From Dicentrarchus labrax (taxonomy: Eukaryota), in NCBI RefSeq assembly GCF_905237075.1, contig NW_026136706.1, positions 24,847,935-24,911,934 of the forward strand: a DNA stretch of 64,000 nucleotides, in the 5' to 3' direction. Shown one piece after another: positions 21,831 to 36,170 of this stretch (its first letter is position 1; each line of letters opens with the position of its first letter). Below the pieces are notes generated by a model. The model did not search any database, had not been told where the DNA came from, and worked only from the letters and a program-made list of their open reading frames with translations. Made by a program: the position numbers and the translations under genes.

Positions 21831-24800
21831 ATTTATCATGTTTTTATTTATGGCTTATATAAAAGCAAGAAGAGTCATAAAATAGTCTCAGTGTGAAACC
21901 AACAGCTCTCAGCAGAAAAGCAGAAAAGTTGTTGAGTGTTGTTTCTTGTACTGCATTTTTATCTTGTTTGCTCTGAAGTGTGAGAGCTTAGAGACCTGGG
22001 TGTCTTCGGAGGATGACACTAAGTCAACAGGACTTGTTGTAGCTTGTGAGGGAGGTTTGGGAACAAAGATAAGGGCCCTCGTAACAGGCTGCATTCTCCA
22101 GCAAAGCGCAGGTGTCGATGAGATTTCAAGCTACCCCTTTGGACTCTGTTGCAGTATTAAAAAACACTTAGTCACTAAGCTATTCTTAGTGTACTAAGTA
22201 GTTAGTGTACAGTAGGGGATGTAACACATTATGGGGAATGACAAATATTCTCTTAGTTCAAAACATTCACTTCTTTGCAGCATAAAACTCTTAATAAAAC
22301 TGCTCCTATATCATCATCAGCTATATTCAGTCAAATAATGCAGCTTGAAGAATTTAAGGTAAAAGGGTACATTTAAGTGAGTAGAGTAGTATCTTCAAAA
22401 GTCACAATCAACCATCACAAAGACCTCTGAGCACACACAAGTAGGAGCGAGCACATACAAAGTGCAAAGTAAAATAAATCTTCCACAGAGATTATAATTA
22501 TAGTGTATAAATGATTTTCTTTGTTTCAGTTCCCATGCCTCTGCTGCCTTTCATTTGACAGCCTTTGTCTTTCTGTAACATGTTCTCATCTTCATTTCTA
22601 GTCTGCACTTTGAATTGCTTTCAGCCCTGCAGATGAAAGAACACTGATTGAACTACTATAACTACTGTATGAATATGGATGTATGTAGCTCTTATGCGTG
22701 TCTTTGGCCTTGGATCATAAAGTACTCCCACAGCTATTTAAATTATGATCAAACCATAAAAGTATTACTGTAGAGCAGTTATAAGAGAAATTGTCTCACA
22801 TGGAGTGCGTTTACATCCATTCTAGTATCCTGGTTTTAAGTCTTAGACAGTTTTTGTTTATATTCAGGATACGGCGTTATCCCTGTATAGACGACTGGAT
22901 TATAACAATAGCCAGGTTTCTGATTGTCTGCCTGCAGGTGTGGTTTGATGTCTCGCCGTATGCACCAGTAGAGAATGTTCAGAAACTAGGATTAGTTGTT
23001 TACATGTGCAAAACATAACCAGGATGCTCCAAAACAAGTTTACAACTAGGATACTAGTGGACATGGAAACACACCCAGATATAAGCTGAGAGATTATTAG
23101 CCTGTGATTGCAATCACAATATTGTAGATGGCCACTATGGCAAGAGTGTGATTGTACAAAGATGTAAAGCCATTCAGGATTTAGAGGTAGAGAAATATTG
23201 TGGCCAGATACAGCAGTTAAACTGTGACAGTCGTGATTTGCAAGCTGTGCTGGCAACCTGATAAATTTGCTCTTTTAATCATTTGATATTTGTGCTGAAT
23301 GCACATTTTTGGTTTTCAGGAAAGTAAGAAAAAAGCGATGGTGTTGAGTTCTGCAGGAAGTGCCCTTTTTTCTCTCTATACTTAGCATTGATCCAACTTG
23401 AAAACCAAGTTGGATGTTTTTATAATACGTTAGTAAAAAGTTTGCACAATTTGTCCGCTGCTATCCTCTGCTGCTGACAGGAGGCGGTTATCAGGACAGT
23501 GGCGGCCCGAAGGGAGGTCGGGGTTGATGTGGACGGAAACGGATGGAGGCTTCAGTGCTTGTGTGCCGCTTATGTCTTCCTGTGTCTGCTGTGAAGCTCA
23601 CAGACAACTTATGAGAAGAAGAGGACAGTCTTTCTGAGGTTGTAGCAAGCTCCGTTCTAAAGCTAGAGTGGAGATTCTGGTATCTTATGTCACTCTAGCA
23701 TGTTGGAAGGAGGCTAAGTAATGCTCCAAAGTTAGGCTAAATTGTGGTGATGGAAAAACTAGCACCAACTCTGACCTCAAGATATCTGAATGAAAATGTT
23801 CTATGGGTACCCACGGGGTTTGGAATCTTATTGGAATTGCATATAGATATTGGGAATAACTGGAAAGCTGAGACACATACTTTATGCCACCCCTGCAATA
23901 AGTCAAGTGCCACACTTGTGCCACCCAAGTCAAAAAAGTCTGGACACGCTCGGGGTGGAGAGCAAAAGAGGTGGAACGCATTGGCTGAAACTGACAATTG
24001 GCTATTGCCAGAAGACAATTTTGCTTTTTACTAACTTTAAAAAATAAATAAAATCTGCATTCATATGCAGCTATCTATCCATCCATCAAATACATTTAAC
24101 CCCTCGGTTCACAGCTCCATACTACTGCATTTTTTCATTTCTTATTCTTTCATACTGCCTGTCAAAAATTCTACTAAGGAAATCTCCTTTTTCAGCACTT
24201 TAATCCTCCTGTGAAATGTGCAGATTTTGTATATAAAAAGGATAGCATGGGTCATTTGGACCAGGAGATATATTGATGGATTTCATACATATTTACACAT
24301 TTTAGATGTTGATGCACCAGTTAGAAAGATGAGTCAGGTGTGAGAAGATCAAAATCAAGTTGAGTGTGTGCGTGTGTGGGAGTTTAAACATACCTGCTTA
24401 TACATCTACCTCTACCTTTCTCTGATCATTTTATGCACAATGAACTGCAGACAATTCACAGAGAAACAAGCAGAATCTTTATTTTCTATTGTAACTTCAC
24501 TTCAGTAAATGTACTGGCAATTTGACATTGGCACATTTTAAACAGATCCAGACAAATGTATCTGAAAAAGAGACAGACCATGTAACATTTCTGGAATACT
24601 CCTGACACGCCTTAAGTCTGGACGAAGTGCTGTTGCATCAACAGAAAGGGTAGAGCACTGGCATAAATGCACATATATACGAGAACCAGTAAATGTGCTC
24701 AGACAATTAGTGTTATAATTATATTTCTCATAAATATAATTGAAAATATCAATACAGTAAGAAAATGTTTTGAAAATAATTAGAGTTCATTATTATAAGC

Positions 24801-25559
24801 TGTTGCACATTAAGTGAGCCTATTAAAACATATTGCTCAAAATGTTTCTCCACTGCTGTACAAGGCAGGAAAAAAGAAAAAAAAAACCTTGGAAAATGCC
24901 ATTAATCAGCCTTCTCTTCCTACATTTTTAATTTTCATTGATACCTCCTGACAGGATGAAAATCTAGTAAAATGATTTACTCACAATATCGACCATGACA
25001 ACCAATACCTAATGTCTGTTGAGAAGTCTTGTAGTAAATGCTGCAGGGACACATTTGTAATGTGTGGAGTGATCATTAGAGGAGAGGAGCAGTATGAAGA
25101 GCACGAGGGGTTTGACTGTCGCAATGTGATGAATACTGGGAACAGGGACAGGACCCAAATGCAGATGAAGTCAACAGAGCATGAAGGTGCAGTTCAGTGG
25201 TTTATTTCAAATAGGGAGGCTTCCAGTCAGGCTAGCAGGCAGGTACAGATCCAGATAAAGAGTCGGGGTGAGGTTAAAGTTCCAGGGGTTGGAATTTGAA
25301 TACTCAAAGCAGGAATTTAGTGGAATCAACTAATTTGTCCTCATTAACTAAGTTTTATTAATTTCAAGCTAATACAAATTAAAATTAGTAGTTTTTATTT
25401 TCAGACAACTATAAACACAGCTTGCTCTGACTTTAAGTCTTTTGACTTGAAATTATTTGAATTATGTTCACTCAACTCATTAGGTTTCTAAAGATGCATG
25501 CACCGATTGAGAATTAAAACGTACAATATGTAATTTCTGCCACAACGGGGTCTCTCACA

Positions 25560-26300
25560 TAAAAACAATAACAAAAGCTGAAGTTTGATGATGTTGTGAA
25601 CAGTAATGGGTAGTAAGGCATAACTCAGTAACACGTTACTGTAATATGTAATAATGTAATAATATGTTATATTCTTACTTTCCCCAGTAACTAGTAGTGT
25701 AAGGGATTACTATTTCCAAAACAGTAATAATATTACTAATCCAAGTAACACTGTGTTACTGCGTTATTAGAATGTGATTAGTTTTTTTGTCCTAAGCTGC
25801 TAATTTAAGATGTGGTATTATGTGTGATTTCATGTCAGATAAGGGGGCAGGTCAAGTCGGCTGCTAGTTAAAAAGCTAAACGAAGAACGGAGAGGGAAGA
25901 TGGTGGGCTTTCTTCATACAGCTGGAAGTATTGCCATTGAGTTTGTCACAGTCAAAGATGCAAAGAACATTGTCACCTGTTAGAGCAAAAAGCTTCCCCA
26001 CCTATCTACCTTGAGACAGAATATGTGGTGATGGAATCTAAATTAAAGGCCACAGACACAAGGTAGACTTTGCTTCCACCACAGCTGACGTCTGGACAGC
26101 CAACAACAAAAGCTTTCTGGGTGTAATAGTTCACTGAATTAGCAGCCAGTTGTCCAAAGTTCAAACTCTGATGGCTAGGGGGTGAGGGTTGGAGAGAGCT
26201 TCTGACAGCAGAGTGTCACACAGCTGCACCTGCAGAGGACCCTGCCTCTGTGTCCACAACAGCAGCCAGCCATGGTGAAATGGACTTTTTTGCATTTGAG
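25560..26300 (+). mobile_element. Degenerate hAT-superfamily element: subterminal short repeats (agtaacacgttactg, ccaagtaacactgtgttactg) followed by a frameshifted transposase relic carrying the hAT motif VDFASTTADVWTANNKSFLGV..H
   Basis: 26068-26150 translates to FASTTADVWTANNKSFLGVIVH* with ESKLKATDTR upstream in another frame. This has the same pattern as the ...SLTADMWTS... block in exon 3 at 1336-1640. Stops and frameshifts show it is a relic. Confidence 0.5.
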
Positions 26301-26326
26301 ACAGAGCTCAAGGACAGCTATTATCT

Positions 26327-26440
<114 letters not shown>

Positions 26441-29400
26441 TATTTGAGGTCAGGGGGATATAAGGTTGAGGCTCTGAACCAGTTCTCAAACATCAACAAA
26501 CATTTACATGAAGTACACCCTGACCCCATCTAGCACACCTGTGCAGCTGCTTTTTAGTTTAGGAGGTTTGGTGCTCACCCCCAGAAGGAACAGACTGTCT
26601 GATCAGAGTTCTGAGAAGCTTCTGCTAGTGAGATACAGTCATTGTTTTACTTCTGAACATCATCACCTTGTCAGGGCAGAAATAACAAAGCAAGAAGCTG
26701 GACGCGAGTGTAAATGGCGCTAAGTGACTAAGTTATGTAAAGCCATTAAATACTCATTGCTGTGCCTATGAATGAATATGCAGAAAACATTAGTTAATAA
26801 GTCCTGTAGAGACTAGAGCTTTTTTTAAAATTTTCATTCAGTGTGCAAAGTTTTCTGTTTTGTAAAACCATTAAATACTGCTGCTCTTTCATGCAGAAGA
26901 ATATTAGTTAAAAAGTCGGGACTGGCTTTATTTTCTGTATTTACGCCAATGGCTTTAACCAATGTTTCCTGTTTTGTAAAACCACTTAATGCTGCTGGCT
27001 ATTCTTATTAATGATAATAATTATTTATTTCAGCCAGTGCCATTAAGAAACATTCTATGTTTTGTAAAACCATTAATTACTCCCTGCTCTTATGAATATT
27101 CAGAAACATATTAGTTAAAAAGTCAGGACAGACTTAAGTAAGTTTTTACAATTCCTGAGTCACTTGCCCAACACTGGTCGTGAAGTAGCGTGGGATCATG
27201 GGAGTTGTTGTCTTCACCACCATTACCATCATGGCAGTCAGCTTCTCTCAGTTAGGGTTACCTAGTCAGTGTTTGTTGTTCAGGAGGTTTTTACTGGGAT
27301 CTGAAACAAAACAAACAGACATACTGATTTAAACCGGGGAAAGAAACTGAATGAAGCAGCTCCACCAAAAAAGTGTTTCTCCAGTGTGTTGAGCAGACAA
27401 AGGACGTCCCGGAGGAGTTCTGAGTCGAGCTGCTGCTAACTTTAGCTCAGCTTGTTTCTCTGATAATTTAAGATCCAGGCATCGAAAAAAAATACTTCAT
27501 TCAACTAAAATATACAGTTCCAAATAACCAAGATAAATGTGGCATAAAAGTGGATACAAATTTATGAAACACTAAATAAAGGAATTCAGGGACGGAATTT
27601 AACACAACCTCACATGTTGAATTTGTATTATGTCTGTGGCTTCAACAGGAGGAGCAGCAGCTATAAGAGAACAGCTGTCCCTTTAAACTGAGGAAATGTT
27701 AATGTAGCAAATCTGACTTAAATGTGTCAGTGTGACTGAACAGCTGCTGATTCAACTAAATATCCTAAGTTGATTGAACTTGTTTTCATAAGTTCAGTGA
27801 ACTTGCCTCAGTTGGTTTTTACACTTTCAAAACTCGTAAGAAAACTCTGAAGTGACGATTTAACCTGAGTTCAGTTAACTCACAAATTTAGGGCAGCAGG
27901 GGAACTTCTCAGTTGAAGCAGCTTAAAATGACTTACAGTGCACAACAGTAAGGAGTTTGGAGTTAAGGGGAAAAGTTAACCTTTACTGACCCGTGGCAGC
28001 GGTTGGCAGCAGTGTGCTGTCACTTGGGATTTAAGCTTTATTCTCTTACTGGCTCAGAAAAACACTGTTAAACAAAAGAAAATACATTTAAGCGACATTC
28101 CTTCAACTATTTAACACCCATTTTCAAGTGTGCACTCTTCTGCACATTGTAGCCGAATTATTTTTAACAGTAGGTTTTCTTTTTGGTAAATGTCCGCAGT
28201 GACGGATAAGGTTGGAGGTCTCAGCTATCAATAAATGTATTACATGTTTAAATTCATGTAACTTTTTCTTGCAAAACCAGTTCATGTTACCATCCTGCAG
28301 GCAGAACAGTGGGTGGAAAAAGGGCTGCTATGTCCTTTCGCCCATGGTTTTGGTATTGTGCTGCGATTGTTGAGCAGCGAAGCGGCACAGGAGGAGGGTG
28401 ATCAGCTGCGTGCTGCCCAGGAGGAGCTGCTGACCCCTGAGTCAACCTCATCTGTTTTCCCCCATGGACCAACACTGCAGGAGCTCGGAGCAGGCTGCTG
28501 CTGCCGAGCTGCTGTCCATGTATCACCAACAAGATCTGCTTACTGCAGCCCGCAGCACTCCACACATCACACTATAAAGAAGGCTGGGGGAAACAGCTAC
28601 TGTGTCATGTACACCTGTAAGATACGGTCAGTCAGGTTAAGGGAAAAAAAAAAGAAACTTGAGATGATAAAAAAAACTAATAGGAAAAAAACCCCTCAAA
28701 GCTTGTAGTTAAAGCGTAGCTGGGATTTTATTAAACTCCTGACACCATGAATAGTAAGTACGCAGTGCACTGATTTCAGTCATAGATTACACCTGCTTCT
28801 TCACTGTGTGTATGTGCAAAAGAGTGCAAGACTACAGGTTTTCATTTCTCTAAGAAAATAACCAGCCAACATATGAAAAATGATTCTCCCTGGATAATAT
28901 TTTCATAAGAAAAAGGCCCATATTTTTATCATGAATCTGAGAAGGTGCATTATTTATAACAATATACTGTTTCAAATGATGATCACTCAGTAAAATGGTG
29001 CTCATAACGCTCTCATCCTCGCTAGATCAACCTGACACGACAAAATGAACAGTACAATGCGACTGTAGTGGTTAATGTTCTGTGGATGTTTGTGAAGATA
29101 TTATTTGACCTTTAAAGGCTCATGCATGAGTCAGTTTTGGATCCTCTCCATTCTCAGTCCTCTTTTCCAGTAGCGACGCAGAAGAGCAAGCTCAGCAGAC
29201 AGCGGAGAGGGATGAAGAAAGAAGAGAGAGGTGGAAAAGTCATTAACAGAAAATTGATCAGGTCTGGTTCTACCCAGAGCTAATGCCAATATTCTTCCAA
29301 GGCTGATGTCTTTGCTAACACCAAAACAAGTAATCAGAGGCTCTATCACACACACTACATGAGTCTACCACAGCCCACTAATGATTTTGTTTACATCCAT

Positions 29401-30970
29401 AGAAGGATGATAATTATCGTGCAAGTGCCGATAGAGTGACCAGTATGCAGTCTTTTCATTTATTCGCAAAAATGGAAAAAAAATCTTTGGTTTCATGTTT
29501 ACTTCCTACAAGTAAAATAGTCAGTTAATGTGTTTTGAATTACCTAAAGGACAAAAACAATTGCACTGCTTTGTATGAGACTGGTTTCCATTCGTAGAAA
29601 GGTTTGAAATTATAATATGATCAATTTAGCTCTCGCTGGTTTGTATAATTCCATTTTCTTTCCAACTTCATTCTGTGATTTGTGTCTATTTGATTCCTCC
29701 TTGGATATGTGATTTTTCTATTTACACCCACTTGGTTTGCCCTTTATTGAAAGCATAAAAGAATATAAGAAAGAAATAAGGAAAGAAAGAGATGACGAAC
29801 ATGAGGAGGAGGGCAAATTTGGAAGATTAAATCTATAATATGAAACATTTCCACATTCAAATGTCCATAAACATTAGACCTATGTTATATATGTAGTTGA
29901 CTTCTGTACATTATCCCAAATGTTTCCAACAATGTTCAAACCCAGAAAGATCTGTCAGTTTATTCAGGTATTGAATACCTAACTGACTCACTGGTCAGTG
30001 TCTAATCTGTGGTTGTCTGCTAAACTGACATGTTATCCAGTTTGTAAGCCATTTCTTTAGATCTTGGTCCCTTTTAACTCTATATTTTAACTGGATGAAG
30101 GATTTTGGTCATCGGAAGCCTGGATCTTAAGAAGCTGAGCTAACGTTAGCAGCCGCTCAGCTTTAGTCCCCTTTTGTCTGCCCAACAGCATTGGAGAAAC
30201 ACTGATTTTAAGGTGGGTCTGTTTCTTTTGTAGAGGAGGAGACCTCTGTGGATAATTCCTGGTAAAAACCTCCTGAATGATGAACACTGTAGGAATCCTA
30301 ACCGGGAGAAACTGACTGCAATGACAACAATAGTGGTGAAGACATCAACTCCCACGATCCCACGCTACATCTAAACAACATCTAACGTCTTTTGTTATTG
30401 TTTTGATGTGAGAGACCCCCTAGTGGCAGAATTTACACATTGTACATTACAATTTAACCTAAAAAAACGAGCCAGAAATAAATGAAGGTTAACAGCTTTA
30501 CCCTACAGAGCTTCCTGGCAAGGAGTTAAAGGTAGGAGTTAAAATACAAAAACAATTATCAGAAAGAATTCACTAAAAACATTAGGCCGGCAAACAACAT
30601 ACAAAGGAGCATACATACAGAAGTTCACAGTCCCAACACAAACAGATCATAATACAGTACATATACTTAAAAGTGTATATATACTTTAAAGACGCAGCAG
30701 TAAATGACCAATTGACCCAGAAGTACAGCTCCTCGGCTGATATTCAGTGATTGCCTACAGGTCCAACAACTCCTCTGTACTGAATGACAAAATATGCTGG
30801 TTATTTCTGCACTCCTCCTTTTTTTGATAAATTCAGTGTTTTCTTGCACCTATTGCTTTGCCATTGTTCTAATTAATTTATATTTCTTCACAGAAATGAA
30901 TGAAATGCTGAGATATAGGCCATGAATATTTAGTTTCCTCCTATTGCACCTGAAAATTTGAAAACTGTAT

Positions 30971-30974
<4 letters not shown>

Positions 30975-31005
<31 letters not shown>
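30975..31005. repeat. (TA)n microsatellite
   Basis: tatatatat... about 15 units. Confidence 0.9.
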
Positions 31006-31010
<5 letters not shown>

Positions 31011-32475
31011 CATGGGGCAGTTCGATGGTTACCTGCTCTGTTACAGAAAGTACCCCTTCCAGCCCCTCCCAGCAGCATTATAATTTGACTCACTGCATGA
31101 CACGAGGCAGGACAAAGATGATCACTGGGATGCTCAAGAGAGTCATAGGCTCAGAATCTGATTAACCCATCACCTCCCCAGTGTCAAATAAACAATATCC
31201 CTTTCTTTTTATGAAGTTTTCTTTATTTGCTGCAAGTACAAATGCAGTACAGTAGCTGACATATTTTTAATGTTCAAACAATTAAAGTCATCCACCTGTG
31301 TGCACCTCACCCACCTTTAACTGATGTTCCAGCAATTGTATTTCTATTTCTGTCTTTTGCATCTGCAGCCTTACGTGGTCCATTTTTAAATTAGATTTTT
31401 CAATTTGTTTCTCCGAGGAACACCTTGTACAGCTGTTTCACAGGGAGCTATAGGAGCACACCAAAAAATGACATTGAATTTCACAGTGCCAGGTCTGCTT
31501 AGTTTCGTTGTAAGTCATGGGCCAATGCTGAACAGCATCTTACTGAGGTAAGCTGTGCTGTGGACGTGGATGGACCCTCTTTCTCAGTGTTATTTCCAGT
31601 ATGGCTGAGAAAAATAAAGTTTATTATTGTACATCAACAGTTAGATGTTATTTTTAAAGTGTCTGTATCTTCCCTCTCCGTGGCAGCTGACAGGGTGTCT
31701 TCATCATCTTCCCATAATGAAAATTAACTATTTTTGTGTTGTACTCCAACCCATTATGAATAATATGTGAAGCACTAACTGCGTGGAGGTCTATTATGGC
31801 AGAAAGCTCCAAAAAACAGATTAAGTCTTCAGTAAGTGGTAGAAGATGAAGATTAGACAATTAAATTATAACTTTGCTCAGAAAATGCCCCAACCTAATT
31901 TGAATTTTGTGTGCCGGCCACATCATCGTTTTTCAGATGAGTCATGTTGAAATAAATTCTGATGTCTGCAGGACAACTACAAATTAAGTAACAGCAGTCA
32001 ATTATAAAGAATTGTACCCCTCCAAAATATCAGTGTGCCAAGTTGTGTCTAAGATGGATGGGCAGCTGTCACTGAGCTAAAAAAAGGGCAAAAGGATAAA
32101 TGCACATCATTAATTTGAATAACTAACCTCTTATGTAGGCCCTTGTGTCCTGGGGTGGTTGGGTCAGATAAACGTCCTCTAGATATGCCATCAGCAATAG
32201 GTTGCCCACTGTTTTGATTGAGCCATCTCTGTGTGGCATAGTGGACCCCACCTGTTTTTCAGTTCTTTTTCTTTAAAGTGTAGCTTTCAAGTAAACACTA
32301 TTAAACCCCAGCATTCTAAGGATTGCTAAATAAATACTTTTTATCTGCATCTCATGTTGACTTCTGAATGCTGTTTAATTTGGTAGACTAAACAACTAAT
32401 AACAAGTAATATTAAACATGTGTGCACACAGACACACTATTATATATATATATATATCTATAGAAGCCGACTCAA

Positions 32476-32476
<1 letters not shown>

Positions 32477-32548
<72 letters not shown>
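32477..32548. repeat. (TCTA)18 tetranucleotide microsatellite, preceded by (TA)n at 32443-32460
   Basis: tctatctatcta... continuous. Confidence 0.95.
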
Positions 32549-34334
32549 CACACACATGTTTAGTAACTGGAACACTTGAGATAAAGGGTTTTTTTTGAGT
32601 AAATTCTCATGCTTAGACTCTTTTTTCATAAATATATACTCATATTGTGCACACACACATTCTTTGTGCGCGCCCTTTTTTCTCCTGTTGCCATGATAAA
32701 TCATGTGATCTGTGTAGTATTGCCTTTGTCAAATACATGCTTTAGGGGCCGTACACACCAAAAACGATAACGATACACAAATTCAGCAATTGGTTTGAGT
32801 GCTTTGCCATCTAGCGGCTGTTTTGGAGCAGCTAAAAAATGATATACTTCTCGACAGCTTGCATCTAAATGTGCACATACTATAGAGAGTAATGGCGACT
32901 TAATTGCTTCCGGTACTTCCCCCAGATTTGTGTCCAACAATAACTATAAATACATGTATTTAAGCGTCACTCAAACTCAAGTGGATGGCGGACAATACCA
33001 CAAATAAAACAACATCATAGAGGCGAACAATATCAATGGAATCAATTTCAGAGTGATGTGATAAACGATATTGTGGTAAACAACTTAGTAAACATAATAT
33101 TAGGCTGCAAATCACACAGACATTTCATTTTACCTGAGACATATTGAAGAATGGTCTTTAGCACTGATCGGATCTCTGAAGTATTGATTTATCCTTTCTT
33201 ACCAATGTATGAATACAATTTGTCTTCAAAAGACAAAAACTTTTGTAACAGTGTTAGATACTCTTAACTCCCCTTGTCTTTGTGAACCCAGATCCTTCTA
33301 GTCTTCTTTTTGTTTCTCTGTGCAATCTGCAGCAGTAACAGGTCATCAGTATCTTTATTTCCCAATTAAGCTGCAGACAGCTAGAGTGTGCACGTCCTTA
33401 CATCAATAAAGTTACTGCTGTTTGCGTGGATGACCATTTACACAGGGTTAACGCAACTCAGACTTGATTGAACTACTTCTGAAACAAAAAATCTGAGTTT
33501 GACCACTCAGTCAGTCAAGCCACAGTTCAGGTTTAACCTCATATTGTTAAACCTGCTTTGTGAAACATATGTCAAAAATACATACATTTGCAATAATCAA
33601 CATGAAGCAAAACCAAGTTGTGAAATGTAAGGTGGGGTGCTACTATTGTCAAAGGTATATATAATAAATAAAGCCAGTATGTGTGTTTGTCAATCTCTTT
33701 GAGGAGCTATACAAAGACCACCATGCAGTCTCTCTATACCCTGCAGGCTCTATCATATGGCTCCATACAGCTCACATGACAAACATTAAAAATACAGTAG
33801 CTGACCGTTATAACACAGAGCCTCCATATATCAGCTGTGAAAAAAAAAAAAAAATAGTGTTTGTGTGGGAGTGTTTCTACAAGTACTGGTGAGGAAGTAA
33901 TACATCCATTAGAGTGAGGGCTTAACATGCCGAAACACTGCACTCTGGAAAGCAGATATTATTTTCTCCCTCATCTTGACGATTGGGAGGTAAGCAGAGA
34001 AAAGAATTGAGCCATGTTCAACTTATTTGAAGGGCGATTCGGCGTTATGCATACTGTGTATATGCATATTGTTGAGAAACCAAAAGAAATGAACCAGTCA
34101 TTAAAGCTTCCAATAATCTAACCTCATCCTTGATGGGGAAGGTGGAAACAAGAAAAGTACTAACAGTTCCTCAAAAGCAAATGGCACAATACGTTCACTA
34201 ACTAAATTTACTAAACAGCACATAGAAGAGTCATCGGCAGGAAGATATTATTTAGCTGTGCCTTGCGAAACCTTTATAAATAAAAAATACATCAGTTTTA
34301 TAAAGCGACTACACAGTTTCAGTTTAAGCTTAAA

Positions 34335-34650
34335 AAATACTTGGTTAGGTTTAGAGAAAGATCATGGTTTGGGTGAAATTAAGTCATTTGTTAAAGTTAG
34401 GGAAACATTGTTGTTTCTGTTAAAATGACTGCTTCACTAAAGTTAGGGGACCTTTGTCGTCATGGTTACAATAATAAACGTGGTTAAAGTCAGAGAACAA
34501 TCATTGTCATGGTTAAAAGAAACCAATGTTGACTGTCTGGAAACAGGAAATGAACAGTGGTCAAGTTTGATGTCCAACGTTTTGTTGACCCATCAATCCC
34601 GACCTCCTCTGTGTGGACTCTGAAATAACGTCACCTGTCTTTCATTGTGT
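34335..34650 (+). repeat. Interspersed repeat family A, copy 2
   Basis: See copy 1 at 4862-5115. Confidence 0.6.
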
Positions 34651-36046
34651 CTGTCACTACCACTAGAGAAGGCCTGTTTGGCCCCACATGAACATGTGCT
34701 GGCGAACAGTACTCTGGTGAAGCTTAAATAGGCCACTGAAAAAAACGAAAACAGTGATAAAACAAGCAACTGAAAATTGTTGCTAGGTAAATTTAATGCA
34801 CAACAGGACTTTTATTAGTAAGTGTTAGAGGCTGTTGGAAACATTTAAAAAGAGACTGACAAAAGTTGTCCAAATATACTACGAGTAATGTTGCAAAGAC
34901 AACCTTTTGTCAGCCTTGCTTCTACATGGTTGGAGGGCAATTTACTGACTTGTAACTCAACAGCTCCTCCTCCCTTTTTGAGGACATCCACTTTGGGTGC
35001 TGTGGATCATATAAGATGAGCCGCTTCTGTCATCTTAGTCTCTCATCATTTCTGGCAGAAGGCAAACTTACCCCACGTGCTCATGTTTAATGCTGACTAT
35101 AGTCTCACATAGGCAGACCTATTTACAGACTTTGTTTTAGCAGGTTTAAGGAGGAGAAAGTGTGCAAAACTTAAATAAAAATAGAACCAGAGCGAGCGAT
35201 TTTTCAAGCATAAAGCATTGCTAAGCCTGACGCACAGAGCATCTTCATTGGGGAAAAAAAAAACAAAATCTGATGTTCGCTAATTTTCATTGTTATAAGA
35301 ACAATAGGAGTTGAAAACATTATTGTTTTGTGTGTACTCTTGGCCACTGCCATTAACCCAAGATCTGTCTTTATCTTAACATGAATTGTATCTTAAAATT
35401 GTTTGAATGAGTATAAATAAATTGTTTGAGTGACTTTTTGTTTGCAAGTCTACTTGTCTGAAGTTGTCTGTTGAGTGGCAAATAAAGAACTTCGAGTTTA
35501 GTTGAATTGTTAACATGAATAATTGGGAAATACGCGGCTATTTAAAATGCTAAATTATTCAAGTGACCCCAGTCTGACAGAGACTCAGTGTTCAGTGGGT
35601 TAGTGAGTGATCTATACATCAACAAACAAGTAAATCTGGATACCACTGATGTTGGAATCAAAGAAACAGCATGCCAGTGTGAAAAACAAGGGTAGTCCAC
35701 AGAGGCAAAAAACAATTAGTTGCCGTTCAAAGGGATGGACCAACATGAGAAATGATCAAAGTGTGAAGCTGAAACACACGTTGGGACAGAAAAGGCTGCA
35801 GGGACTTGTTGTTGGTTGCAGGGTAACAGATGAAAAAGCCTCTGCAGTTCCAGGCATCTTCTAGCATCCAGAAGAGCGATGTCACATTACTTCTCCTGTG
35901 CTCTGCCAGCTGCTGCAGGGAGAGTGTAGCTCGGTCTGTCAATAGCAGCAGCAGCAGCAGTCAATCTGTTTCCAAAGCCCTGAAGCTCAGACAAAGAAAG
36001 AGAGTGCGAGTCTGTGTGTAGAGAAGCATCATCAGTCTGGTTTGCT

Positions 36047-36054
36047 GTATAAAG
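36047..36054 (+). promoter_or_regulatory. TATA-like box (TATAAAGG) 30 bp upstream of the candidate start codon at 36084
   Basis: ctgTATAAAGGctgttcgtgcccaacatcaacgccaaggATG. Confidence 0.3.
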
Positions 36055-36083
36055 GCTGTTCGTGCCCAACATCAACGCCAAGG

Positions 36084-36170
36084 ATGCTTGATATGTTCAA
36101 GAGTCAAGGTTATTACGCTGAAGACCGACTGAGGGCCAACTTTACTAAAGCTTTAGCGCCAGTTTTCCAG
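36084..36170 (+). CDS. Candidate first coding exon of an unidentified host gene (MLDMFKSQGYYAEDRLRANFTKALAPVFQ), ending at a GTACAG donor in phase 0
   Basis: ATG in a reasonable Kozak-like context (ccaaggATGc), 29 clean sense codons, then 'ccag|gtacag'. A TATA-like box lies upstream. I do not recognise the protein. Confidence 0.3.
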
